A DNA stretch of 64,000 nucleotides, the filler included, from Octopus bimaculoides (Eukaryota), in assembly GCF_001194135.2 (NCBI RefSeq). It is 5 parts of 4 records of this genome, joined end to end, with 100 filler letters (N's around TTAATTAATTAA, not from the genome) between each part and the next. Parts side by side here need not be neighbours in the genome. Positions count along the whole stretch, not along the records: positions 31,048 to 57,879 come from NC_068982.1; 4 more parts are not named here. One strand, 5' to 3'. Shown here piece by piece: positions 38,731 to 50,400 of the stretch (positions within the stretch are counted from its first letter, which is position 1; every line of letters begins with the position of its first letter). The translations under genes were made by a program, and so were the position numbers. The notes below the pieces were generated by a model. That model did not search any database. It saw only the letters and a list, made by a program, of their open reading frames with translations, and was not told the origin of the DNA.

Positions 38731-40500
38731 GTAGTGGTCCTTAACCTGGGTTCGATCGAACTCCAGGGTTTCCTTGAGTCAATCTCAGGGTTCGACAGGG
38801 GTCAAAACACACACACACAGTATAGCTCGGTTCACACTAGCAATGTCGGGCCGTTTTTGTTGGCCGTCAAAAAATCGGCTACCGACAATTTGGCAACATG
38901 CAATTTTTCTTTGCCGAATTATATTACAATAAAAATTTGTTACACGAAATAAATTTCCATGATAAACTAGTTTATTAAAAGGTAAATTAGGATAACAAAA
39001 TTAAATTTAATCTAAAAATATTAATTTATAAATAAATAAAAATTTAAAAAAACCTTTTGAACAAAGCAAAAGATCGGCCCAGGCTTATGTGTGTGTCCGT
39101 TCCGTTCAGCCCACTCGTATTATTCGTGACGTCACGCTTCGCTTGGTCATCAATGGCTTCAGCTAACCAGGCCACATCGCTTGGCTTTGATATCTGTGCT
39201 GCAGGGAACACGGTGCGCTCAGTAGTCGACTTGTGGTTGTTGTGATTGTACGTCATATGTGATTTTTTTTAATCTTTCAAACCCTTTATAGTATGTCAAT
39301 CAAAAAACAGAAAGTGGTTGGACGATTATTTGCAATACGAATTCACGTGTGTAAAGGAACTTGATGGGAGTCAGCGTCTTCAATGCATGGTTTGCAATGG
39401 CAAGCTGAGCAATTCTAGTCTAGAGCCAGCAAAACTAAGGGAACACTTCCTAAAGCTGCACAGAGATGGTAAATACAAGAATTGAATTCAAGATGAAGAG
39501 AGCCATATTCGATGAAAAGGCTACTCTGTCTGTTCTCGGCTTTGTACCCATCGACAAACCGATCCTCGCAGCATCGTACGAAGTTTCGTACCTGATCGCA
39601 AAGCTGGTGAAACACTCGCAAAACTAGCTGCGTTGAAGATGGCGAATATCATGCTGGGAAAAGCTGTTGAAGATGTTATCCCAAATTCCTCTTTCAAATG
39701 ACACTATCATCAGCAGAATATACGACATGAGCGATGACATCTTGGCTCAAGTAATTTCAGATCTGATTTCAAGCCCAGCAAAATTCAGCCTCCAACTCGA
39801 CGAGACCGCCGACGTTTCCAATATAAGCTAGCTTGTATTCGTACGCTATGGGAAAGACGACGTGATAAAGGGAGATTTTTTATTTTGTAAGCCTCCTACA
39901 GCAACAACCAAGGCAGCTGATGTGAAGAAATTCGTGGATAACTTCTTTAGAGACAACGGGCTTTCGTGGAATATGGTTTCTGCAGTTTGTTTCGGATGGA
40001 GCTCCAGCTATGCTGGGACGACTCTCTGGTTTTGGAGCGCTGGTGAAATCCGATGCACCACACATCATTGTTACACACTGTATTCTGTACAAGCATGCGC
40101 TGGTAACAAAAACCTTGCCTCCAAAACTGGCAGAAGTATTAAAAATTGTAGTCGAATGTGTGAACTACGTGCGAAATAGTGCTATGAAGCATCGCGTCTT
40201 CAATGTGCTGTGTAATGAAATGCGCTCTGAATTCGAAATATTTCTGTACCATTCTAACGTTCGGTGGTTATCCCGAGGAAAGGTGCTGAATCGTGCTTTT
40301 GCCATGCGTGTGGAATTAGCCCTGCTTTTGTGAGAGTACCAACATTGTCACGCAGATTGCTTCGGAAATTCTGAGTTCATTCTCATTTTGGCGTACATGG
40401 CCGATATCTTCGATGCTCTCAATCATCTCAATCGACAGATGCAGGGCGGTGGAGTCAACATCATCGAAGCAGAAGAAAACCTGAAGGCATTTAAAAAAAG
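38731..40500 (+). mobile_element. hAT transposon, Charlie/Buster group (ZBED5/SCAND3-like transposase), frameshifted and 3'-truncated
   Basis: Left end tagtggtccttaacctgggttcgatcgaa; BED finger QCMVCNGKLSNSSLEPAKLREHFLKLH; FSLQLDETADVSNIS, THCILYKHAL and YHSNVRWLSRGKVL motifs. Confidence 0.9.
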
Positions 40501-40814
40501 ATGGGCCTAGTAACCATTACTCCTATTCTTCATTGCAGGCTAATAAGGGCTTCCAAGTAGAAGCCTCGTACCGTCATTGAGTTTGTGACGAAGGAACGTC
40601 GAAAGCTGTCCGTCGTCCACAGAAAACTATAGGTTGTTTACAGAAACCACACCGCTGACCAGAGCAATCTTTTATCTTTCACTTGTTTCAGTCATTAGAT
40701 TACGGATATGCTGAGGCACCGCATTGAAGAATTTTATTCGAGCAAGTCAACCTTAGTACTTATTTCTTTTAAGCCTATTACTTATTCTATCGGTATCTTT
40801 TGCCGAACTTCTAT

Positions 40815-41750
40815 GTTACAGGAGTCAGAAATTTAAAAAGAAGGAGGAAACCAGTATTGAAACTGCGACCACTGACACGAATCGCCAGCGAATGGACGAA
40901 TTGATTCACGTGGACAGACGAGTAACAATCCGTAAGCTTGTTGCATAACTGGATTGTGGTTACAATCCATCACAAAAGGTGTGAAACTTTGAGCGTCGGA
41001 AAGTGTGTGTAAAGTGTGTACCGTGGCAGTTGACGACCGATTTCAAGCAGAGAAAGGTGGAAATCTGCTTTGATTTGCTGGAAGCGTTTGAAGCCAATAA
41101 AGTTACGTTTTTTCCAGTCTGGTAACAAGGGATAAAATGTGAGTGCATCTTTATGATACGGAAACAATGGCTCAGTTCATGGAACGGTGCCACACCTTTT
41201 CTCCAATATCTAAGGAGTTCAAAAGTCAGTGATTGGCACAGAAATTGATGATTGCTTTTTTGAATGACAAAAGTGCCGTTTACTTTAATTTTCTGGAACG
41301 TGGCTATACTATGAACAGCGAGTGATATATTGAGATATTCAAAAAGCTTAAGATAAGCCTTTGGGAAGAAGTGACCGAACGAGAATATGAAAACGATCAG
41401 CATTCATCATAACGTACGACCACGTATATCATTGACAACATATCAGGCAATCGGCAAATTGGACTAGTCCTTGGTTTCATATCCACTGTACAATCTGTAC
41501 CCAGCCTGTTTGGTCTAATGAAGGAAAGTCTTCTGGATAACGAGTTGATATCTCATACGAGGTGAAGAGGTAGGTACAACGGTGAACATCTGAATTTTTA
41601 CAAAGAATATTTGAGATTTGGGTTTAACGATGTGCAAATACATCACTTGCGATGAAGACTTTTGTATACCTTTGTATAGAGGAAGATTTGTTATATCAGT
41701 ATGTGCATTGCACATGTTGGCAGAGTAAACAACCTGTATCACATAAAATC
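40815..41750 (+). mobile_element. Degenerate mariner transposase remnant
   Basis: DELIHVDRRVTIRKL, KVCVKCVPWQLT, LVTRDKM*VHLYDTETMAQFME and HHNVRP motifs with many stops. Confidence 0.7.
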
Positions 41751-42011
41751 ATGCCCACCTATGCATTATTTTCGGTACAACATTTGTTTATTTGTGTGCG
41801 CATGTCTGTATGTATTACCAGTATTAATGAATATTGATAAGAAAATTCATAAAAGAAAATAACTCCCCGTTTAAGAATCCATACAATACGAGGAGAAAAC
41901 ACATTACAAAGAAGGAAGATTAAATTAACAGGATTAACTAAATTAACGAAAATTTAATTAAGAACAGTTTCAGAGATACTCACACTATTTTAAACTTTTC
42001 CAATACACGCG

Positions 42012-42044
<33 letters not shown>

Positions 42045-42369
42045 TAACTACTGTTTGCATATTTATTTTGGTGTATACTCTTCGTTGGTGACAAGTGTCT
42101 AAAGACAGTTATTACCCAATACGTGAACGCAAATGTACAAATGTTTTGTTGTTATAGCTGTTCTTGTTGTTTAGCTCCAGGGCAACCCAATTCGCAAAGG
42201 AGTCACAAGGAAAGCAGAAAAGTATTCTACTTCGTCATAAAAGAACGAAATAACGAAATACATATTTGAATGCTGCTAGTATATATAGTTAATAAAAAAC
42301 ATATATCAGAAAAGAAGCACACTCTAAAGAAAAGAGCAGTATTTGTTATAACAAAATTTTATATCTTAG

Positions 42370-42438
42370 ATATAGAGTTACCCAAGGTTTTGCATCCACA
42401 AAGCCAAAGCCTTGTGGACAGTTCGTCAGACTCTATAT
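42370..42438 (-). ncRNA. Type-I hammerhead ribozyme fold (G12A core variant)
   Basis: Minus strand reads atatagagt CTGACGA ac tgtccacaa-loop-ttgtggat gc AAAAC c-ttg-g GTA actctatat; helix I is 9 bp. Confidence 0.65.
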
Positions 42439-43130
42439 AAAAACAAAAATTTTTAATTTCTACATCGCGGACATGAGGAAACGCTCAGAAATCGAGAAAT
42501 ACGTCTTAACAAAAAACGGTAATGAGGACGGGTTATCTTCCTTGAACCAGAGGAAATAAAACAACCCTTTTAGACCCGAAGAGGCCTAACTAGCAAACGG
42601 GGAGATCCAATTTTCCAGTAAGTAGCGTTTGAAGTGGAAACATTTAGAAAACACTTCTTTACGACTATTTAATGCGCCAGGTTTCGTATAGTCCTTAAGA
42701 ATTTTGGCTCTCTCCACGATGCAGATCTTGAAACCGCCACTTCCATTAATACATAGGTCCAGATAATCAATTAATTTCCACCTGAGATCACACGGAGCCC
42801 CTTGATCTTTGAGGTGTCACACATGGTGGGCCAAGGACGTGACAAACCATCCTTATGGGACTCTGAAGGATGACTGGTGGTTAAGAAAACGTCGCTTGAA
42901 AGCGGTACTGGCAGATCCAATATATTTACAAACATGGGATGTGGCCATATTCGCACCCCTGGTAACATATGGTATGGGGCCGGTTATTCCATCGGTATCG
43001 AAGAGAATTATTTGGTCATCATCTATGCTGGTGGTACTGGAAACGCCGGATACCTCTTCCATGTTGCTGGTCCTGGATTGGTCATCATTTCTAGGTCCGC
43101 GACGTAGAAATTTTAAACTTTTGTCTGTAT

Positions 43131-43195
43131 ATAGAGTCTAACGAGCTGTCCACAATGCAATGGCTTTGTGGATGCGAAACCTTGGGTAACTCTAT
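43131..43195 (+). ncRNA. Type-I hammerhead ribozyme fold (G5A core variant)
   Basis: atagagt CTAACGA gc tgtccacaa-loop-ttgtggat gc GAAAC c-ttg-g GTA actctat; helix I is 7 bp, with the GUA triplet at 43186-88. Confidence 0.65.
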
Positions 43196-43443
43196 GTCCA
43201 AGATATAAAACTTTGCTGTATATGTATATATATATATATATNNNNNNNNNNNNNNNNNNNNNNNNNNNNNNNNNNNNNNNNNNNNNNNNNNNNNNNNNNN
43301 NNNNNNNNNNNNNNNNNNNNNNNNNNNNNNNNNNNNNNNNNNNNNNNNNNNNNNNNNNNNNNNNNNNNNNNNNNNNNNNNNNNNNNNNNNNNNNNNNNNN
43401 NNNNNNNNNNNNNNNNNNNNNNNNNNNNNNNNNNNNNNNNNNN

Positions 43444-43706
43444 AGAAATCCTTTATTTTTGACTTAATTTAGTTAGGAAGAATATAAATAAACAACCACG
43501 AATAAGTTCCTTTTCTTTTAGTCGAGCGACCTCTGATCAGAGAGCATCTATTTTTCTTTCTTCTGTCTAACATCGAACAGAAAGAAGGAAGAAGGATAGA
43601 TGCTCAGTGACAAGAGGTCGCTCGACCAAAAGAGAAGGAACTTATTTACTTCTACTTATTTATATTGTTCTTAACCAAACTAGTCAAGCTAAAACAAAGG
43701 ATTTTT
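43444..43706. repeat. Long imperfect palindrome (MITE/fold-back-like), left end cut by a gap
   Basis: aataagttccttttctttagtcgagcgacctct (from 43501) pairs with agaggtcgctcgaccaaaagagaaggaacttatt (to 43646). Pairing extends outward to aaatccttt/aaaggattt; the loop is about 43567-43576. Confidence 0.85.
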
Positions 43707-44723
43707 CGGATAACTAGCGTTCAGATAACTGAGGTTTCAGTGTACCCAACTTCAGCAATAAAGTGAAAAAAAAAAAAAAAAAAAAACTCTTGATCCAGGG
43801 AATATTATGCGAAATCAGTTGTTGAACGCAATCACCGGCACTATGCAATTAAACGGAGCAATTAACTATATTCATATAATTATATGTAATTAAAGAATAA
43901 CAATAAATTATGTTATGAAGCTGAGAGTGATGAAAAGACAGGATTGTTTCCTTTTCGTTATTTACCAATCATGAATGTTAGAGAACCTATCACTCATATT
44001 GGCATTCTCCTCCACTCTAGTTGTTCAAAAACTATTCTCATTTCTTTGTGATTAATTTTCTCCTATGTGTATTTACTGTCCTATAGTGATCTAGACATTA
44101 CTTGAGATTCCATATAACCTGTTTATGTATTTCTCACGTAAATAAAGCTGCCACGAAATTATCAGCTAATCCATAAATATCAAAACTATCGGGAACAGGT
44201 GGAAATTTCTCATCTTTTCAGCATAATATTGATTTAGAAAAATAATAATAATGATAATAATAATAATATGCGAGATATTTTTTCTTTTGTTTTTATTCAA
44301 CGATTCATGATTTTCATCACATGTCTGAATAAAACATCTTAACCATTTCTCGCAGACATATTGTAGCTAATGCATTTTTATGCTCGGTTGCGCACTCAGG
44401 TTATCCAACTTGTGTAGTTGGAAGTAAACATCTAATAATCGAACTTTTTCATTAGCTACTCTGAGTCTGTGCAGGAAATAGTGAACAAGATAGTCGAGTA
44501 GATAGCAAAGCTATTAAAACTACAAGCTTGCTACATTTATTTTCTCTCTCTAGGCAGGGTACTTATTTTAATTCTGCTTCAGTTTTACTTAACCGTATTT
44601 CATGGCATAAAAGATGTACTCCATTTTCAGCAGCGCATATTCAGAAGAATAGTGTTAGATGCTTTAAAGCATCTAATATTTAAAACAACTTCGCACATAA
44701 GACCCAGGGCGACTTTTTGCGAC

Positions 44724-45234
44724 ACCTTCTTCTTCTTCTTCTTCTTCCTCCTTCTTCTTCTCCTCCTCCTCCTCCTCCTTCATCATCATCTTCTTCTTCA
44801 TCATCATCTTCTTCTTCTTCTTCTTCTTTTTCTTCTTCTTCTTCTTCTTCTTCTTCTCCTCCTCCTTCATCATCATCTTCTTCATCATCTTTTTCTTCTT
44901 CTTCTTCTTCTCCTCCTCCTCCTCCTCCTTCTTCTTCTTCTCCTTCTTCTTCTTCTTCTTCTTCTCCTCCTCCTCCTCCTCCTTCTTCTTCTTCTTCTTC
45001 TTCTTCTTCTTCTCCTTCTTCTTCTCCTCCTCCTCCTCCTCCTCCTTCTTCTTCTTCTCCTGCTTCTTCTTCTTCTTCTTCTTCTCCTCCTCCTCCTCCT
45101 CCTTCTTCTTCTTCTTCTTCTCCTGCTTCTTCTTCTTCTTCTTCTTCTTCCTCCTTCTTCTCCTCCTTCTCCTTCTTCTTCTTCTCTTCCTCCTTCTTCT
45201 CCTCCTCCTTCTTCTTCTTTTTCTTCTTCTCCTC
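44724..45234. repeat. (CTT)/(CTC)/(CAT)n triplet low-complexity tract
   Basis: Read directly from the sequence; source of the spurious 480-610 aa ORFs. Confidence 0.95.
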
Positions 45235-46070
45235 NNNNNNNNNNNNNNNNNNNNNNNNNNNNNNNNNNNNNNNNNNNNNNNNNNNNNNNNNNNNNNNNNN
45301 NNNNNNNNNNNNNNNNNNNNNNNNNNNNNNNNNNNNNNNNNNNNNNNNNNNNNNNNNNNNNNNNNNNNNNNNNNNNNNNNNNNNNNNNNNNNNNNNNNNN
45401 NNNNNNNNNNNNNNNNNNNNNNNNNNNNNNNNNNNNNNNNNNNNNNNNNNNNNNNNNNNNNNNNNNNNNNNNNNNNNNNNNNNNNNNNNNNNNNNNNNNN
45501 NNNNNNNNNNNNNNNNNNNNNNNNNNNNNNNNNNNNNNNNNNNNNNNNNNNNNNNNNNNNNNNNNNNNNNNNNNNNNNNNNNNNNNNNNNNNNNNNNNNN
45601 NNNNNNNNNNNNNNNNNNNNNNNNNNNNNNNNNNNNNNNNNNNNNNNNNNNNNNNNNNNNNNNNNNNNNNNNNNNNNNNNNNNNNNNNNNNNNNNNNNNN
45701 NNNNNNNNNNNNNNNNNNNNNNNNNNNNNNNNNNNNNNNNNNNNNNNNNNNNNNNNNNNNNNNNNNNNNNNNNNNNNNNNNNNNNNNNNNNNNNNNNNNN
45801 NNNNNNNNNNNNNNNNNNNNNNNNNNNNNNNNNNNNNNNNNNNNNNNNNNNNNNNNNNNNNNNNNNNNNNNNNNNNNNNNNNNNNNNNNNNNNNNNNNNN
45901 NNNNNNNNNNNNNNNNNNNNNNNNNNNNNNNNNNNNNNNNNNNNNNNNNNNNNNNNNNNNNNNNNNNNNNNNNNNNNNNNNNNNNNNNNNNNNNNNNNNN
46001 NNNNNNNNNNNNNNNNNNNNNNNNNNNNNNNNNNNNNNNNNNNNNNNNNNNNNNNNNNNNNNNNNNNNNA

Positions 46071-46640
46071 AAACTCTTTTGGTTTCAAAGCGAAGAACTC
46101 TGAAATGTCAGTTTCGACCTCCTCCTGGCTTGCGAAAGTTACGTCCCCCAAATGATTCTGTAAACTACGAAACAAATGGTAGTTTGAAGGAGCAAGATCG
46201 GAAGAATAAGTTGGATGAGGAATTTTTTCCCAACCAAGCTCTTGGGGTCGCGCATTGTCCCGATGAAACATCACTCCTTTGCAATTCACTAAAGTAGGTC
46301 TTCCTTTCTTCAAAGCTTGGTTCAAATGCTCTAATTGCTGACAGTAGACTTGAGCATTGATTGTTGCATTAGGTGGTAACAATGCAAAGTGAATTACTCC
46401 TTTGCAATCCCACCAGATAGAGAGAAGAACCTTTGTCCCATGAAGTTCCCTTCTTGGTTGTGGTTGAGCTTTTCCCCGTTTTACCAAGCCACTGTTTACG
46501 ACATTTAACATTTAGATAGAAGATCCATTTTTCGTCAGCAGTCACAAGTCTATCCAAAAGAGTGAAATGAGTTCGCGAGGATGGAGAGAAGAGCAGATGT
46601 TAACTCGGGGTTTGCGGTTACTTTCGCACAATTCATGAGG
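46071..46640 (-). mobile_element. Mariner transposase catalytic-domain remnant
   Basis: LDRLVTADEKWIFY...KVLLSIWWD...FHRDNARP...HPTYSSDLAPSNYHLFRSLQNHL. Confidence 0.9.
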
Positions 46641-46667
46641 CAGAACTTATGGGATGACCTGGTATAT

Positions 46668-46832
46668 ATACGACGGGCTTCTTTCAGTTTCCGTCTACCA
46701 AATCCACTCACAAGGATTTGGTCGGTCCGAGGATATAGAAGACACTTTCCCAAAGTACCACGCAGTGGGACTGAACCCGACACTATGTGGTTGGGAAGCA
46801 AGCTTCTTACTACACACCTACGCCTGCGCCTA
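46668..46832 (-). mobile_element. SINE family A, 5' half
   Basis: Homologous to 25760-25910 and 57668-57830. Confidence 0.8.
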
Positions 46833-47333
46833 ATTTATTTACTTTTTTGATATTTAAACTGCATTCACTCAACTATAGAGTCGATGGTGATAAATTTCCT
46901 ACGAGCCATTATAGGATTATGACATTTTGACTGTAGGAGTATCAAGGGAGTGCGTGTGACTTGTTGCAGAACACATATTCCAAGTCACTTCGTTGCCAAA
47001 ACACTGCTTGTTCGATTCGCTCCTAGGTGTTTACATCCTTCGCTTTATACATAAGCGAAAGTTCACACACACACACACACACACATTGTTTATAACGAAC
47101 AAGATAAAAAGTATGCATGGTGTAGAGTATAATCATATTTATTCGGCTAATGCTGTTTGTCGTTACACGAAGTTTCACGATAATTTGATCAATCAATTGG
47201 TCATGTTTGTCTATAATGAAGACAGTTTTTTTTTTCATTGCAGACCAAAACACATACACACTCATTTATGTATACAAATACATACAATACACAACCCCCA
47301 CACATTCACACGGACACACACACTCGCTCACAC

Positions 47334-47424
<91 letters not shown>

Positions 47425-50400
47425 TATAGTTATATTTCAGGAGGTAATCCTGTCAATATATGGAAAAACAAAATATGTACGGGTTGCAGTTCATCTTTTC
47501 TTTTTTATTACTATGTATTGATTTGCCAGTCTTTCGGCATACGACAATAGCCTTTTCAATGAGTGCTCTGTAACTACCTTTCTTTCGCGAGCGTGATATC
47601 CATCCATCCATCCATCCATCCATCCATCCATCCATCCACCCAGCAACTGAGCCATTTTCTTGGAAACGTCTGATTCAACGGCAGGCAGTATTATGGCTCA
47701 ATAGTTCTCGCTCAGTGTGTTTGCGGTTGAATTCTTTAGCTACTGAGCGGTGTATTGCCTCATCTCATCTAAACATGGAAACAATTTGAACTCTTTCTTC
47801 TACTCTGAAAGATAGAAAAGATACAAAAGATAGAAAATAAATTGAATAAAATAAAATAAAATAGAAAAAATGTCTCAATTATTCTTAATGAAAACCAGAA
47901 TGGTGCGCCACTTCTGGGATACCCAGTATATGTGTGTGTGTGTATGTATGTATATGTATGTATATATGTATATATATAGTTGAAATTTACAGAAAAACAA
48001 AAGACGAAGACAGGTGTATGAACAGCAAGCAGGTGTATTAGTTTGGCGGTCGGGAATGTGAGAAAGTATTTTACGTTTCGAGTCTATGCTCTTCAACAGA
48101 AAGGAATAAGAGAAAATAAACAGAGAGAGAATAAAAAACGTATGGATTTAGCAATCAAGCATGGCTACTCTGTGTGTGTGTGTGTGTGTGTGCGTGTGTG
48201 TGTATTTCGATATTCTTTATTGTCTAGTTGCTCTCAGCTTAGCAGTTAACCATTCGGAGTGGTTTTTACTATACAACAGCACCATCGAGCTTGTTAATGC
48301 CACCATGAATACTTTCACCTGAGGATTGATATAAAACTCGAAAGTACTTGTAAAAATGTCAAAATACAAAATGAAATGTGAAAATCGGACACACACACAC
48401 ACACACACACACACACGCGTATATTCAATTTCGGCGAAACAATCAGTTTCATCTAAGCTGTTATTATGTTTGCTGAATTGATATTTAATGCACTAATCTT
48501 ATAATTCTAAAGAGAACTGACACAAGCAGGATACTACAGAACAGTAAACAATACTAAAGGACTGCTATATCTGCCATTTCTATAAATATCCTTATATTAA
48601 AATCTATATTCATTTACATAATATTGAGATTTCTATATACTTCTATTTATATGTAACATTATGTTGAATAATTTTCCAGACACACTGACACCATCAAATT
48701 ATCTTTCCTTATCAGATGACTGGTTTCGTTATACATCAGCAAATGGATATTTCATCTTGTTCACAGACAAAACATATACATACACAGACTGCTCTGTGTG
48801 TGTGTGTGTGTGTCTTCTCCCTCTCTCCTTCTCAATTATTCCCTTCTTTTCTTTTAGTTTCAAATAGCATAAATAGCTGACTTTATAATTTGTTGTGTGA
48901 AATGTTTTGAACGAGATGAAATTACTGCAACCTGAAACGAGTTGCCAATACAGCGAATGAAGAAAGTAAAATGTAATATCTCTCATGTCGAACGGTATAT
49001 ATATATAATGTATGTATGTATGTTTGGAGTCCAGGCAAATTCTACCATCAGACTGGTTCATGAATGTTCTTAAACTGATGGCAGACTTGACGAATAGTCA
49101 AATAAATAAAAAGTAGTTTTTGACAACAAACTAGGTTCAAATTCCGTTTTTAAAGGAAGCGTGGTCGTGCGGGGTGATATAGACGGTTGAATTGATCTAC
49201 AGTACTTTAGTTTTATCGATTCCCTTCCATCAGCTTAAGTATGTGAGTGATCTTTGACATGTAATAAGAGACAACTGAAAGATGTTATAGAAGTCATCTG
49301 TAACATCTATATCTCCTCGACGAGGCAGAAAGGAATCTCAGTCAGACATGGGCAACTTTTTTCCTAAGAAGCGGGCCGCATGAGGCATGGATGATCATCA
49401 GGTGGCCAGCACTACTGAAAAAAATTCGAGGTAATTCTCCGTTAGCATGCCAAATCTTTCGTATCACATCTAACAGTCTTAATAAAAGACAAGGGCCCAT
49501 TGAATAGTACAGTTTTTAGATGCTCTATCTCTGAAAAATAAAACGGAATACCAAAATATTATTGATTATAGGTTTGTTTCACCAACAATGGCCAGGGGCT
49601 AAACACAACCACCTCAAACACATCTCAATGGGCCAATTCACCTAGCTGTGTCATGAGAAAGATATATCTCATAGCAATACAGACAATATAAGCAGCAGAT
49701 ATTGCATAATGTATAAATGAAGAAGGCTTCTTTTAGTGTTAAGCTCAGATTTTCCTATCGATTGTACAATAATGGAATGTGTACAAACGTGTATCTATAA
49801 CATATTTCTTCCTTCAGTCTACTACTCCTCTTCCATCTCCTTTTTGCTATTTATATTTATGTGAATGTGGTGCATGTTATTATGTCAGACTTTACAAATA
49901 GAAACTAATATTTTTGGTTGATATTTGCTAACTCTATTTTTCAAAATTTGCCCATAAATAGTCGTTTAATTCCATGTGAATCGCAGATATCTCCCTTGAA
50001 TCATTATCATGTCCTTTAATAGAGCCAGCTAATGCAAATGATGCTTATTTGTTATTCTCCCAATCGCTAACTTCGGCAATTTGCATCTTTCGTATTACTT
50101 CGTTTGTTTTTGTAAACGCTTTTTTGTAATACGAGCTTGAATCGAAGATACTGTCTAAAACCGATATTTAAAAAAAAAATTACGTTGGCACTCATTGTTA
50201 TCGAATCTACTTGAATAAGAAGCAATTTAAGTTGGTTAGATTTTATCTCGGTTGACTATTAAACGTTCTCATATAACTGATAAATTAATCGTGGTAAAAG
50301 CAATATGGCGATTGGTGACTCCTATCAACAGAATAAATTGATGGTATAAGAATAAATTAATTCATAAATCCAATTAAAAATCGATTGAACTTATTATTCT

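Larger units (their letters stand above)
42300..43220 (-). mobile_element. Penelope-like element remnant: GIY-YIG C-terminus between inverted terminal repeats
   Basis: KYIGSASTAFKRRFLNHQSSFR...TSLAHHV*HLKDQG...WKLI...INGSGGFKICIVERAKI...LNSRKEVFSKCFHFKRYLL; 42370-42478 is the reverse complement of 43092-43202. Confidence 0.85.

Noticed and set aside
44652-46511. 483-612 aa ORFs
   Set aside because: They are read-through of (CTT/CTC)n and an N gap joined to a mariner remnant; the same applies to all X-rich ORFs in the track.
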